From assembly GCA_964016885.1 (NCBI GenBank), contig OZ024741.1, positions 105,214,001 to 105,278,000 on the forward strand: DNA of 64,000 nucleotides, read 5' to 3'. This DNA is from Eledone cirrhosa. Lineage: Eukaryota. Position numbers and translations under genes: made by a program. The notes under the pieces were generated by a model. That model was given only the letters and a program-made list of their open reading frames with translations, did no database searches and was not told where the DNA came from. Positions 31,300 to 45,989 of this stretch are shown here, one piece after another. Within the stretch, counting starts at the first letter, position 1; each line of letters begins with the position of its first letter.

Positions 31300-31425
31300 A
31301 GCTAAGTTCCCCAAGTTCCAAGTCTTCCCACTTTACTTTTGTTCAGACAATACCACAGATCAAACAGGAATAAATAAAGAAAATGTATTTATACCAAAAT
31401 ACAAACCACGACTGAATAAACTTGA
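31300..31425 (+). pseudogene. Extreme 3' end of a Penelope-like ORF
   Basis: PKFQVFPLYFCSDNTTDQ..KENVFIPKYKPRLN matches the end of ORF 27899. Confidence 0.8.
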
Positions 31426-31445
31426 AGTATATTCACTAACAACTA

Positions 31446-31541
<96 letters not shown>

Positions 31542-32654
31542 ATGTTCATTCCGTCATTTGACATGTTGAAGTTACGCTGCCGACAACCTCAACTTGGGGC
31601 ATAATGATAACTTTTAAACACGTCACTAACTTTTGAAAATCGACAAAAATCATGAAACCAGTGAAGTGAGTAATTGTAAATAAATCTTCCTCATAACTGG
31701 TGTAAAGAGACGGTAATACTTCAGAAGTCGACACAAAGTTTGAAACCAGAAGAAGGAAACAACATCAATCTTCAACAAAAACCCAATCAATTTAAAACAC
31801 TCTTATACATATAGGGAACCAAAATCTCACTGTTTGTAGCATTTGGGAATTTTAAAAAAAAAACAGCAAAGCGGAAATATATGAAAAGTTGTCAAATACG
31901 ACTCCCATCATCTCAATCAAAAATTTTAAATAAATCCTATCCCTAATGACCCCCAACAACAACTAAAACTTAGAGGGAGATGACTTTAAACAAAGACCGA
32001 ATGGAAACTGAACAAGTGCAATTAAGGGCAAATTCCGATGCGGGAAAATTCAAACGATTGACACACTAATGGAAGTAGAAATTTCAAAAATATCTGAAGG
32101 CCTACCTAATGAAAATACAATTAAACTCTGGAGTGAAAAATTTGTGAAACGACAAATTAATATCTCTTCAGCGGTGGGAGAAAAATACTCTTTGGTCCAC
32201 TAATTATGAAACTGATTCTAAAAACGAATACTGTACTGATAATTCATTCCTGAAGAAAGTTAAAATTTAGAAATCCCATTCACAATCGACAAAATAAGTA
32301 CTAAACAGTCAAAGACATATTCCTCAAAAGTATAATGCTTAGACAACATAAGCCAACTAAAAGATTCCAAGTTCACTTTCCCTCTAGAGAAATATTTTTC
32401 AAAAACCGAAGATTAAAACATATTCAAAGGATCATAAATAGCAACTCAAAAAACAATGACAGACTGGAACAGCCACAATCCAGATCTAAAAATACACAGA
32501 ATAATTATAAAAGAGCATATTATAACAAAGAAAATGTTAACGGATACAGAAATAGCAATGCAATGACAAATTTTAAAGATCATTTTTTAGATGCAGTCAA
32601 CGGAAATCACGGAAATCACGACATTCGGTGGTACAAACCAAAGATGAGAAACCA

Positions 32655-34745
32655 AAGATAATCAATCTATCCAAAAGAAATATTCCAATACAATAAATTA
32701 AATTTTTCTCAAAAGGCATAGAATTTACTCCAACACAATGTCCTAACTACAATGAAATACAGGATGATATTTCACACTTCTGTAGAAAAATTACGCCTCA
32801 CAGAAGAATTATTTGAGGAAAACAGCGACGAATCAATTGTTAGAAATAGAACTAGTTATAAAAGATAGGAATAAAACATTAGTGATTTAATATCCACCTT
32901 CCCATAAAAAGAACTACCACACCCAAATCCAAAACCCTATACCAGTCGAAAGGAATGGGAAATTATCCATGAACAGAACAACAATAACGACATCATTATT
33001 AAGGAAGCGGGTGAGAGAAGTACTGTTATCATTATGGATTATGAGCACTACAAAAATGTTATATTATCTCTATTACAAGATACTACCTATTAGGAAAGGG
33101 TAAACAATTACCAACAATCAAAGACGATGCCAAAAATAAATACACTTATTTACCGACATCAAAAATGTTTAATAAACAATGAATGTGACTACCTAAGTCA
33201 TTTTGAATGAAAAACTAGCTCTTTTTACGTTCTCCCTAAAATCCGCAAGAACAAAACAATTAACGATACTTGTAAAGAATTCACTTCAACTTGTATAAAC
33301 ATACAACACCATAAGGATTTTAAATTAAGACGAAGTGTAGCAGGCCCAAACTGCGAAACACAGACAGCAATATTATAGATATACTACAGAAATCTATTCT
33401 AAAATACATACCAAGTCTTATAAGCGATAGCATGAGCCTGTTAAACCACCTCCCTAAAATCGTTAACAAAGACACTATTATCGTATCATTTTATGTGGTA
33501 TACTACGATTCCACATCAATATCTACGAGAAGCAATAGGATTTCAGCTCGAAAATTTCCCTAATGAAATTCCGAACAGAATAGGAAAAAAGTTTCATCAC
33601 CGAAGCATTAAAATTCATCATACAAAATAATTTGTTTGACTGTAATGGTAACATTTACAAACAAGTATCTGGGACCGCGATGGGAATAAACGTGGCTCCG
33701 ACTTATGCCAATTTATTTATGGCATATATGGAGATCAAAATATATGAACAATCTAGATTAAAATATGCCTTAGACTTCCAAAAATATTTGTTAGAAAATT
33801 GGAAACGTTACTTAGATGACTGCCTGATTCTGTGGATGCACACTTTTGACCAACTCAATGATTTCAAAACCTTATTAACAGCATAAACACATATTGGAAT
33901 ATAATCAGAATCAACTACCGTTCTTGGACATTCTAAACATAAAAAAAAGACGCAGACATTGAAACTGATATCCACTGTAAACCAACAGATTCTAAATAAT
34001 ATTCACCTCAAGCCATCAAAGAGATATGAAGATGAATATTCCGTTTAATCTAGCAAGAAAAGTCTGCACAATTCTTTCAAATTATGAAACTCGGAATACA
34101 AGACTCCAAGAATTAAAACAAATACTACTTGAAGGACAATACCTATCAATGCTAATAGATAACGGAATGAAATGTGCTAAAGCAATAGACATCCAAGAAC
34201 TACGAAAAACTACGAAGATATATTCAATGCCTACACCTAATCACAACATACAACCAAAGAAATACAAATGCATACATCATTATCTATAGAATATTCCACT
34301 ATTGAGAGAAGACTCTAGAAATAAAAATACTCAAAATACACAAAATATTCAAAAACAAACGACAACTAAAATCCCTTTAAAAACTACTCCCTAGTGCCAA
34401 ATTACCCACCACAAACCCAACACCAACAATCAAAAAGAAAGGTCACCCTAATTGCAGGACTAAATCAACCTTTATGAAGAAACATCGGATATGTAAATTT
34501 AAATCGGGACAACTTTTTATCGTAAAACATAATTTCACTTGTTCGTCAAAAATGTGATATATGCTATTAATGTAAAGGATGTAACGAAGACAAACAAAAC
34601 TTACCCACAGAAACAGAATAACTATTCAACGTCAACAAATACGAAACACTAGTACTAGACAGATTACATTAAGGGGGTTTATAGTCTTATGTGGAATAAA
34701 TAAGTCCACCCAAGATCTATGTCTTCAGACAATACAACAGATCAA
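32655..34745 (+). mobile_element. Decayed near-full-length Penelope-like RT + GIY-YIG ORF (may begin further upstream)
   Basis: IINLS, KGIEFTPT, GTAMGINVAPTYANLFM, WKRYLDD, LPFLDI, NIPFNLARKVCTI, NFTCSS..CKGC; many frameshifts. Confidence 0.92.
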
Positions 34746-34768
34746 ACTGTCTCTTAATCAGAGCAATT

Positions 34769-34799
<31 letters not shown>

Positions 34800-35188
34800 A
34801 AGAAGAAGAAGAAATATTAAGACATGTTATTATTAAAATATTTACCTAGAAACTGATCATTGATCTCTGATCCCGACCAAGGGAGTGACAACAACCTGAG
34901 ACAGCAACAGTCTTATACACAAGAAGAAAAAAGTTAAAATAATTTACCTTACATGTTATACATATATACGGCGGACTTCCTTACAGCTTTCATAAAAAAA
35001 CTCATTAAATGATTACGTGTGCTGCACACAATTACATGGGTGTATACAACAATCTACTCCCTGTTAAGCTCCAAAGTGGGAAAGTATCCACCGCCAAATG
35101 GATATCTTTCACAATCAAAAGAGGGAGATAGAGGGGGCGAGAGAAAGGGACAGTGTGTATGTGTGCGTGCGCGCGCGCGCGTGCGTGC

Positions 35189-35288
<100 letters not shown>

Positions 35289-35790
35289 CAAGTTATTTAA
35301 TATATTAGAGACACCAATTATTTCCAATACAAAAATAGAAAATAATCTTCCGATTTGTCTGTCGTCAACAACGTACTATTGTGTCACTGAATCACTTAAA
35401 AAAATATATCGATTTCTATTTGAAAATAGGACTACTTTCTTGATCCTATTATGTTTTAAAGACTCTTGTTTTGTTAGCTGTCGGATTGAGAAACAACGAC
35501 AGGAGATATTAAGATAAATAAATAAACAGTTCTTATAAATAGTTATCTGCCCTTACTTGCTACAATCTACGTCTTTCTGCATTCGTAGAGAACATTTTAA
35601 AATATTAATACCTTTTCTACAACTAATTCCAAGTTTTGAGGTGAAATTGTAAGCTGGTGAAAAATTATATAAGTAAAACGGATTTATATCTTTGGATATA
35701 TTCTAATAATTCTTTCTTTTCGTTATATCTTCCTCAATATTATTACAACAACAATAAAATAAATATAAATATTATATCTAATCATTATTA

Positions 35791-35971
35791 TTGGCAGTAT
35801 CGGTAGAGGGTCGGACGCCATGCTTTCCAGCATAGTTACGTCCCTTTACGATCTGAGTTCAAATCCCGCCGAGGTTAACTTTGCCTTTCATCCTTACGGG
35901 GTCGATAAAATAAAGTACCAGTAATGCACTGGGTAATTGCTGGCCTTGTGCCTAAAGTAGAAACAATTATT
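35791..35971 (+). mobile_element. tRNA-derived SINE, full length
   Basis: A-box-like tggcagtatcgg, B-box gagttcaaatccc, Nin/Deu-like core. Confidence 0.9.
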
Positions 35972-35987
35972 GATATGACGATCAGGT

Positions 35988-36171
35988 AATAATTGTTTCT
36001 ACTTTTGGCACAAGGTCAGCAATTATTCCAGTGTATTACTGGTACTTTATTTTATCGACCCCGTAAAGATGAAAGGCAAAGTTAACCTCGGCGGGATTTG
36101 AACTCAGATCATACAGGGAGGTAACTCTATACTTCAAAGCATGGAGTCCGACCCTCTACCGATACTGCCAA
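35988..36171 (-). mobile_element. tRNA-derived SINE, full length, tail-to-tail with the previous copy
   Basis: Reverse complement of the 35791 copy, with several substitutions. Confidence 0.9.
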
Positions 36172-37215
36172 TATGGCTGTAATACAGTTCAGTGGTGGGC
36201 GTTTTGTAGTACAGTTGAGGGGGTGGTGAGGGTGGTTGTAATAAATTGATGAGGTGGTGGTGGCTTTCGCTAAGGAGGTTGGGATAAGATCGAAACATAG
36301 CTGGATTTGTTTCCTGTTAGCTTCTTATCAATACTCGCTGCATTAGATATGAAAAGACTAACCTTAACTATTGTTTGTAGGTAGGGTCTAAATTCGTATC
36401 CCACAACCTGATCTCGAACAACTGGAATGGTCGTTGAAACCGACGAAGATCCGTTTACTTTCAGAAACATCTCTTATATATTTATTCAAGAATAAAATTG
36501 AAGAATAATATATAGTGAATGTAATTAATCCTAATACTTTAAGCTTCCTTTCAAAAGATTAAACGACAATTTACTTTAAAATTAATAAATTAATAACAAA
36601 TGTTTATCTTGAATCAAATAAGCAGATATTCAATTCTATTTCCATCTAAAGTCAACAGCAATCGAAGGATTTATTTTTCTATTTAAAATATCACAATAAA
36701 ATGCCATCCATTGATCGAATAGTATAAATCTAAATGGATCTCAGTCGCTTTCGACGATGACTATTTTTGTTCTTCGTTCGACTAGACTACTTGCTTATAG
36801 AATTTACATCTAAGCGGTTAAATAGACACGCATACCCATAACATAATATTCGGGCAAGTCTTTCACAGACACGTGTAACCTTAATATAATACTCGAGGAG
36901 ATTCAGCGTAACGTAATGTATGACAAGGTTTACCCATTTGAACTTCAGATGCCCACAGTTTTTCTTTACACAGTTTCACCCACAAGACTTGGATTGTTTC
37001 ATTATTTTATCTTTATATTAGTTTACAGGTCTTAGTCATTAAATAGGGGCTATGATAGGGCACCCGCTTTCAAGATTTTTTTTATGTTTTGTCAAATAGA
37101 CTGACGCCAGTACCTTTTGGCCTGTTAGGCATTTCATTAACATGAAGAGAAACAACCGACATGGATCAACATACTACGAGAGCGTTCGTTTGACTCACCT
37201 ATTTCTTGCCATCAC

Positions 37216-37316
<101 letters not shown>

Positions 37317-37513
37317 TATACATGGGGCCAGCAGCATATCCAAATGATTGCATAACTGCACCTATCATTGCGTAAGAATCTGATGAAGTCACATGCATAT
37401 CCATGTAACAAATATATATCATGCAATAAAGCAATTATAGTAAAATAATCCCGTCTTAACTACTCTGATTTTAAACTATTATTTTGTGTTCGGTGGATTT
37501 TGTGGCGGTGGGT

Positions 37514-37695
37514 TGGCAGTATCGGTAGAGGGTCGGACGCCATGCTTTGACGCAAAGAGTTACGGCCCTTTCCATTCTGAGTTCAAATCCCACCGAGGTT
37601 AACTTTGCCTTTCATCCTTACGGGGTCGATAAAATAAAGTACCAGTAATACTCTGGGTAATTGCTGCCCTTGTGCCAAAAGTAGAAACAATTATT
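37514..37695 (+). mobile_element. tRNA-derived SINE, full length
   Basis: Same family. The sequence attttgtgttcgg near both flanks may be a target duplication. Confidence 0.9.
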
Positions 37696-37707
37696 TTGTG
37701 TTCGGAT

Positions 37708-37836
37708 CTAGCTGTCGAAACGGCCGGAACTCAGCCGTCGGGGTCCTGACTCTTTTCCTATTACCCACTCTACTACTCTAAGTATCGAGTATTCTGCTGT
37801 GTTATGGCCCACCTGGTTCCTTACCACACTTTCTTT
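37708..37836 (+). mobile_element. Family B 3' tail fragment
   Basis: Homologous to 14362-14490. Confidence 0.8.
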
Positions 37837-37837
37837 G

Positions 37838-37894
<57 letters not shown>

Positions 37895-38163
37895 ATAGAG
37901 AGAAATACACAAAGAGGTATGTGTTGAATTATAGGCGATAGAGAACCACCAGAGTGAAGAACATATTGTCTACCAAAGGAAAGGAGAATACAGATCAATT
38001 AAAAGAAAAAAATTAATATGTACTAACCATCCGATAATAACTATTACACCTGGAAATGCTATAACTATACCATCTTTCACCACAAAAAGTGTATATTCCA
38101 TATTGTAGAGGGCTTATCAACAGGTGGACCACAATATGCTCAACACTTCTAAAAATATATTAG

Positions 38164-38835
38164 ACTAGCAGTGGTACCCGGCATTGCACGGGATAAGGAA
38201 CGCGGGCCACCAACAGACCTAATCGTGGGAATACTGCATGCCTGGACAATATGTAAAGAAAATAAACCGAATACTCTGATGGCTGGATAATCTTTAAGAT
38301 TTTCCTCGATGAAGCAGGAAAAGTGCAGGTTTTTTCCCTAATGCGGGCCCTAGGGGATCAAGAAAATTAATTTTTTTTATGTGCATAATATGCCTTGAAA
38401 TTTTGGGAAAATCGGCTAGACGTAACGCCTCAAAAAAGCCCTAAAAAGCTGAAAAAATGAAGTTTTTCACCTAATGCGGGCCCTAGGCCATAAGAAAAGT
38501 TGGATTTTCTTTGCTCATGGTATGAAGAAGAGACTGACTAACACATAGTTACAATTTCAAGGAAATCTGTCTGACGTAACCCCTCAAAAAACCCCTAAAA
38601 GCCTGAAAAAATGCAATTTTTCACCTAATGCGGGGCCCTAGGGGATCAAAAAGTAGAATTTATGTGCATAACACTCCCTGAAATATAAGTAATACACATG
38701 TAAAGTTTGAAAAAAATCGGTTGGGTACTTCTCGGGTTTCACACACACACCCTCCCCCCCCCCCACACACACACACACACACATACACACACATACACAC
38801 ATGCATACATACATCCTTCCTCAGTTTTATATATA
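38164..38835 (+). mobile_element. Non-autonomous Helentron/HINE-like element with internal tandem repeats
   Basis: actagcagtggtacccggcattgcacggg start; three copies of ctaatgcgggccctagg; (CA)n near the 3' end. It interrupts a family E element (37895-38163 ... 39310). Confidence 0.6.
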
Positions 38836-38847
38836 TACATATATGGA

Positions 38848-39048
38848 TTAAAATAACAGATTAAAGTTTAAGTAAAGAAGCGTTGCTTTCACCCTTAACG
38901 GGATCTTCTGAAACGAAAAACATCAATCTGTGAACGCAGAAGTAAATATTTCGAAAAACGTTGCAACTGAAGGAAAACAGGAAGACGATACTTTGGTTCA
39001 TGAAGACGTTCCCTGGGAATGAACGGAAAATAGCGAACATAATACTTC
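38848..39048 (-). mobile_element. Family A copy
   Basis: Homologous to 17121-17320. Confidence 0.8.
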
Positions 39049-39588
39049 ATCAATGTTCGTCAGAATGTCGTAATGCAGACAGCCAGGCATACAGACAGAT
39101 ATTATAAGAGCGCGACGGAGATGGATAACCGGCGCCTAACACACCTTTAACAACAGAAAATTGAAAAATAAAAGCTGCAGTTAATATCTTTAGACCGCAA
39201 GGAATATATAAATGCAAGTTTGAAGTCAATCGGAGTAGAAATGTGGATTTGTATAGAATTTGCAAAAATGAGGACACACACACACAGACAACTACAGTTT
39301 TATATATAGAGATAACTAAAATACGCACATGGTGAAAAGAGAATACACGCGCATTATACAGCCCATTATTTAGCCCAAAAGACTGCTAAAAACAGCAGCT
39401 CGGGACCATTCAACTTAAGAAGCTCTACTTACATATAGAAATGAATTAGGCGCCAATATATCAAATTAAAATACGGAGTTAAAAACTCACGTTAATCCCC
39501 TATAATTTAATGAGTCAAGGAATAGATTCCGGGCTCTTTATAAATCAATATATAGAGAGAAATACACAAAGGGGATTAACGTGAGTCT

Positions 39589-39631
<43 letters not shown>

Positions 39632-39635
<4 letters not shown>

Positions 39636-39772
39636 AAAGGTAAACAGAAATAACAACACAATCGGTACAGTATATGGAAAGAATATATTAGGTTAACGAT
39701 TGAAATAGCAGGAAGAGGGTCTTAACGTTTCGGACGCTAGTCCTTCATAAGAAGAAAGAATGAGAAATTAGA
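39632..39772 (-). mobile_element. Penelope-type tail with a degenerate minimal HHR (~39720-39755)
   Basis: The minus strand reads tctt CTTATGA a-ggac tagc gtcc GAAAC gtt aaga; a relative lies at 41635-41765 (+). Confidence 0.55.
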
Positions 39773-40261
39773 TAGGTTGAAGGGACGGGCGGTGTGGAAT
39801 TGGAAAAATTGTTTTTAGAGAAAAATAACAGGTCCATTCATGTTGTCATCTCTTGAAAAACTGTTGATGCTGGCGTTTTGTGTATGATATATTTTTTAGA
39901 AAAGTGGATGATGGAGCGCGTCTACCTGAAATGGCAAAAAGAAACATTTTGTATAAAAAGCTATACTTGTGCATATGCGTATGCGCGCGCGCATGTGTTA
40001 TTGTACGTCCGTACGAAGCGAAGAGGATATGTGTGTGTATATATGTAAGTGTAAAAGAGTGTGTGTGTAAGTACAAAGCTGTGCGCAAAAGTATGTTGAT
40101 ATAAGAGTGGGGATGTATACAGGGAAAAGTGGAGTGTGCATATTTTGTCGGTCTGTATTAGCTGTAAAAGTCTGTTTCTGACCATAAGAGAGCCATAGGA
40201 ATCTAGGGGTGAATGTACAAGCGCGTGTGTGATAACTGACAGAGTATTAAAGAAATTGGGG

Positions 40262-40627
<366 letters not shown>

Positions 40628-40637
40628 ATATATATAC

Positions 40638-40956
40638 AATTATATTTGGGAAAAGTAAACAAAATAAGAAAAAATTTACCTGTTTACTTTGATGTCCCGA
40701 CTACAGTTTCCCTGAGTAATCCCAGTTTTTTAGCACTGTAAGAAATCTCAGCTTATCAGGGAAATTCTCAATTAAGAAAAATTATCGCTGGTAGAGGATA
40801 ACTCGGAAGAATTCTTCTTTATTGAGAAGTTCCCTGATAAGCTGAGATTTCTCACAGTGCTCAAAGACTGCGATTACTCAGGGAAACTGCAGTTGGGACA
40901 TCAAAGTAAACAGGTAAATGTTTTTATTATTTTGTTTACTTTTCCCAAATATAATT
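40638..40956. mobile_element. Inverted repeat (arms ~40638-40778 and ~40815-40956); each arm has an HHR-like fold with a CTGATAA core
   Basis: tcc CTGATAA g-ctgag...ctcag-g GAAAC tgca GTT gggac on +; GAAAC tgta GTC ggga on -. Confidence 0.75.
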
Positions 40957-41649
40957 TTATTATACTCTGATAAATTGATTTTTATTTATTCCTTCGTTAA
41001 GTAAAACTGGTAATAGTTGAAGTCCCTCATATGTATGTCTATACTTGTGTATAAATATATACATTTTTCCAATTAAAGACAAGGGAACAGACATAAATTA
41101 TGTTTTCATAGCCGCAGTCCATTGCCTTGTCTTTAGATTATGTTGCCTGATGATATCGCGTGACTGGTTGTATGACTGATCAATCACATAGTCACAATCA
41201 TCATTAAAATATGTATCACAACTTTGTTGATAAAGCTCTTTTTAACATCTACGCCGAACTTCGCATTTTCCTTATTGTATATATATATATATGTGTGCGT
41301 GTGTACGCAGCATTTCACATATATAGGTATACCTCTCTGCATTAATCAGTTCATCCACGCGCGCACACACACTTCTACACATTCACTGCAGCCAGCTTGA
41401 TTACAGTCTAACACACATCCTTTCACAGCTTTGCACAGAGAAACGAACAAACTAACACACATAAACACTCACACACATACACCCATTTCCACGCAAAATA
41501 TACAAGGATTTTTCAAACGCTCTCTAATATCTAAGATACCCGCTGACCAGCATTTCCCCCAAAATGGCTGACTGAAACACACGTGCCTTTTCTGTTCCTT
41601 CCTCTTTTCACTCTCTATTTTTCTATTTCATCTTTTATTTCTCATTCTA

Positions 41650-41685
41650 TCTTCTGATGACGGACTAGAATCCGAAACCTAAATA
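41650..41685 (+). ncRNA. Minimal hammerhead-like motif (degenerate stem III)
   Basis: tctt CTGATGA c-gga ctagaa tcc GAAAC ct aaat. Confidence 0.5.
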
Positions 41686-41766
41686 TTCTTTTCCTACTGT
41701 ATCAAGCATTAAACTAATGTATTTCTTCATTGTACTGTGTTGTTTCTGTTTACTTTTCGCATATTC

Positions 41767-41812
<46 letters not shown>

Positions 41813-42199
41813 TAGCCCAAATACACTTCATTTAAGCTAGAAATGTGGGTGGAGGGTGTATGTGTGTGTTAGACTGTAACCGAACTGGCTGCGGTAAAAG
41901 TGTAGAAGTGTGAGTGTGCGCGTGTGCATGAACTGACCAATACAGGGAGGTATACCTACGTATGTGAAATTCTGCGTACAAACATACAAGCTTACATACA
42001 TATGTACATCATACAAGATGCAGGTTAATAACACTGAGGTAACATCTTCAACAGAAGAAAAAAGTCAACAGCATCTTGCTTAGGTTTATTATCATGAAAA
42101 TAATATTATTGTTAGGATATCCACTGATCTAGAAGAGAGTCATGAAATAAAGCTTGATACAAATCTCTCTCCCGGGAACATTGGAAGATTCTACTCAAT

Positions 42200-42830
42200 T
42201 CTCGAACAATATTAAAAATGGACCAATTCACTGAGAAGGTTGTACATGGGAACTTGAGATGAAAAACAGAGACAATAGAGGGGATGGACTGTACTAAAAG
42301 CTTGATATGGAGCTCCGACATGTTCATAACATCCCAACTTGAAGGATATCGCCAACCAATCTATGAAAAAGAAATCTCCCCCAAGTTCCTACTACTCAAA
42401 AGCAGAAATTTACCAGCTGACAATACATGTAAGCTGTACAAAACAAAGATTGACGATGTTAGCCACATTATTGCCAACTATGAGAGAATGTCATCACCTC
42501 TCCATGAAGCCTGATGTGATAGCTTGAACGATCTGGAATGCATTATGGAAGACGAAAATAAGATCAAATGAGGAATATGTTGATCCAGATAGCACAACCC
42601 ACCTGGTATTGTTGTTTGGGACCACACATTAAAAACATGCTCTGTTGTAAAAGTCAGCTTCCCACTCGGTATCAATGTGAAGAAAAATGCAAGAGAAAAA
42701 TGATATCTACTGACCATTGGTGAGAAATTTGCAGATCCAGTATCTAAGAAACACGTTAATTCAACTTCATATTCGTTATTATTGGAGCTACAGGTTATAC
42801 AGCAACCCGCCTGGACCAAAGTATGACTGA
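42200..42830 (+). mobile_element. Decayed C-terminus of an RLE-type (R4/Dong/NeSL-like) non-LTR retrotransposon
   Basis: TCKLYKTKIDDVSHII (decayed CCHC), PDVIA (RHD-like), HNPPGIVVWD..CSVVKVSFP (PD..D..E-like endonuclease). Confidence 0.6.
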
Positions 42831-43172
42831 GCTTGAATTTGTGGAGAAAGATCGTCGCCCATTAATTCATAAGCTACAAATGGCCGCGATATCAAAATCT
42901 TAAAAATCTGTAAAACATTCTTACGATTCAAAGGATGAACGCTTACACAATTGACAACGACGATTTTCTTTTTTAACAACGTTGCCACCGGGAGGGTGGC
43001 TGGTAAAAAATAAACTCAAGATTAAGAGAAAGAGAGAACATACATACATATATACATACGCACATACGTACATACATAGATACGTACGTGCATACATACA
43101 TACATACATACATACATACATACATACATACATACATACATACATACATACATACATACATACATACATACA

Positions 43173-44298
43173 TGGTGGCTGCCAACTCGTTTTCGAGTAC
43201 GGCCACTACTTTATATCCATGTAGGAGAACCCCTACCGATGCTCTGAACGAGTGTGACTTTTTAGTCCAGCCAGCGACTTGAAAACTCTGGTACAAACAC
43301 TATACTTGTGACAATTATTGACACATAGTGCTGGGCCCATGGTACCATGTGACGACAAGTGCAGAGAGATCTCCAGATATAAAGCAATGCCTGTGCCGTG
43401 AAGCTTTTATAGTGAGCAAAGGCACTGCACAAAGCCAGTCCCACTCTCTTAACCAAGATGATATTTACCAAAAAGAAGAACAAGTCAACATCATTGGATA
43501 CCATCAGGGTTGCAGGTGTTATATCAGAGTTTTCCTTCTCCTAGAATTCTGCCTTGACAAAGGCTAAGGGGTCATCTCTCCCGGTGATTTTGGATGGCCA
43601 TTGACTCTTAAGAGCTCCTTTGCCCTTTGACAGGTTTTGTTTTTAGTCCTGCAGGATGTCCAAAGTCACCCTCCTCACCAAGAAACCTTGGTGGGGTTGC
43701 CAGTTTAGTCGCCAACGACCCGACCATGAGACAGTTTGTACTGGGATACATGTTACCAGTAGCACCAACTGGTGACCTGACATACATACATACATACATA
43801 CATACATACATACATACATACATACATACATACATACATACATACATACATACGTACATACATACGTACGTACGTGCATACATACATACATGGTGGCTGC
43901 CAACTCGTTTTCGAGTACGGCCACTACTTTATATCCATGTAGGAGAACCCCTACCGATGCGCTGAACGAGTGTGACTTTTTAGTCCAGCCAGCGACTTGA
44001 AAACTCTGGTACAAACACTACACTTGTGACAATTATTGACACATAGTGCTGGGCCCATGGTACCATTTGACGACAAGTGCAGAGAGATCTCCAGATATAA
44101 AGCAATGCCTGTGCCGTGAAGCTTTTATAGTGAGCAAAGGCACTGCACAAAGCCAGTCCCACTCTCTTAACCAAGATGATATTTACCAAAAAAGAAGAAC
44201 AAGTCAACATCATTGGATACCATCAGGGTTGCAGGTGTTATATCAGAGTTTTCTTTCTTCTAGAATTCTGCCTTGACAAAGGCTAAGGAGTCATCTCT
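43173..44298 (-). mobile_element. Partially duplicated element in a (CATA)n tract (43173-43781 and 43891-44298; 718-bp period), possibly a LINE 5' UTR
   Basis: Near-identical ~410-bp blocks, each bounded by (CATA)n. Confidence 0.75.
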
Positions 44299-44342
44299 CA
44301 CATACATACATACATACATACATACATACATACATACATACA

Positions 44343-44378
<36 letters not shown>

Positions 44379-44821
44379 TAAATACATACCGCCCATGCTC
44401 TTTTCTGATCTTCCGAGATGAGTGGGAGGAAGTTATTCTCTAAAAATAAAGACCTGGTCCTGATTCTTACAATAGAGTGAACTCTTTGAACAAGTTTCAC
44501 AGTGCCAGGCAATACTCTTATTCTAGCTGTCGGAATATATCTACACACCAACAGTTATTCCTTCACATTATAGAACGGGGGCCTTATTCGTTTGTTTGCT
44601 TGTTTGTTTTTGTGTGTGTGTATGTGTATGTGTGTGTGTGTGTAAATTCCCTTATATTCAACACTTGATTATCTAAGAATGACATTAATACTAGGGACGT
44701 AGTCTCGACTATATAAAGATTCGATGGGGGGGGGGGGCTCAATTCATCACAGAGGTTAAATAGCGCAGTTATAAATTTGGTAAAACTAAATATATTGAAG
44801 CGTTAGGAAATTTGAAATTTG

Positions 44822-44934
44822 AAAATGTAGTCGTCCCAACGTAGATAACTATAATAATAGTTGATCACTATTTTTTCATCTATTATTTATATTGATCACA
44901 TATTATAGATATCTGCGTTGGAGCGACTACATTT
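44822..44934. repeat. Small diverged palindrome
   Basis: aaatgtagtcgtcccaacgtagata / tatctgcgttggagcgactacattt. Confidence 0.65.
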
Positions 44935-45756
44935 ACAAAATTATTGAAGTTTTTCTTCATAAAATATAATCAATTCAGCCGCCGATACTTCCATATGCGA
45001 CCAGATATTAATATGTCCCAATGTTGTTTCTTTCATAATGATTTAATATCATAATAAATATAATAAATATTTATAACCATGTCAAATATAATGGAAACCA
45101 AAATTTAGCTGGAATGTTAATATATATCACTGTTGAGATGAAGTCGCTTTATTAATGAAAAGAAACCAACCTAAGTACTTAATAGGATTCGGAATAATCT
45201 TATAAGACTTTATTTGAGTCGACAGAACCCTCCATTTCAATGACAAATCTATAAATTCCGAACAATCAGCCGCCAAATAAAGGTAACAATCAACGGAATT
45301 CATTGAAAGTTAATATAAAAGAACTCTGGTGGAGTATCGTTAAGCAGTTTTGGTTATTGCTCTTTTTTCAAAAGGACAATTCTTATTCTACTGTATTGCT
45401 TCCATTGTTGGCGAGGATTTTAGTCAATGAAGCGAAATACGCGCGATAATACTTTGGCTATTTCCTCACAAACATGTATGCATGTGTAATAAATATTCAA
45501 TTTTACGGAAGGAGTGTATTGCATTAAAGGGATAAAACCTTGGAAGATTCTTTGATTAAATAGAAGAAAAATACTATCAGAACATAGACAACAAATTCTG
45601 ACGATTTCATTTCAAAGTACACACAGGTGATGGCGGTGGGAGAGATACCTATGATGTAGTTGATAGTATCTTACTACAGCGGACTGTAGGGGTTAGCATA
45701 TGCCTGATTACTACAGCGGACTGTAGGGGTTAGCATATGCCTGACTAATAGTAATG

Positions 45757-45758
<2 letters not shown>

Positions 45759-45788
<30 letters not shown>

Positions 45789-45852
45789 AAGAAGAAGAAG
45801 AAGAAGAAGAAGAAGAAGAAGAAGAAGAAGAAGAAGAAGAAGAAGAAGAAGA
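45759..45852. repeat. (GAA)n tract, preceded by a 35-bp tandem duplication at 45672-45744
   Basis: Seen directly. Confidence 0.95.
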
Positions 45853-45989
45853 CTCTCAGCATAACATGGATTGATTATCAGTGAATACTGGACACACTAG
45901 CGACGAACCAAGTAGCACCAAGAGTAAAAAAAATCCATCGACGACACCATGAGTAATTGGTAAACAACTCCGAGGCTACAAACTAAGCC

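Noticed and set aside
36270-36470. Non-repetitive 66-aa minus-strand ORF
   Set aside because: No recognisable motif or clear splice sites.
37380-37425. CTGATGA followed by a hairpin
   Set aside because: GAAA is replaced by CAAA and stem I is poor; at best a dead HHR.
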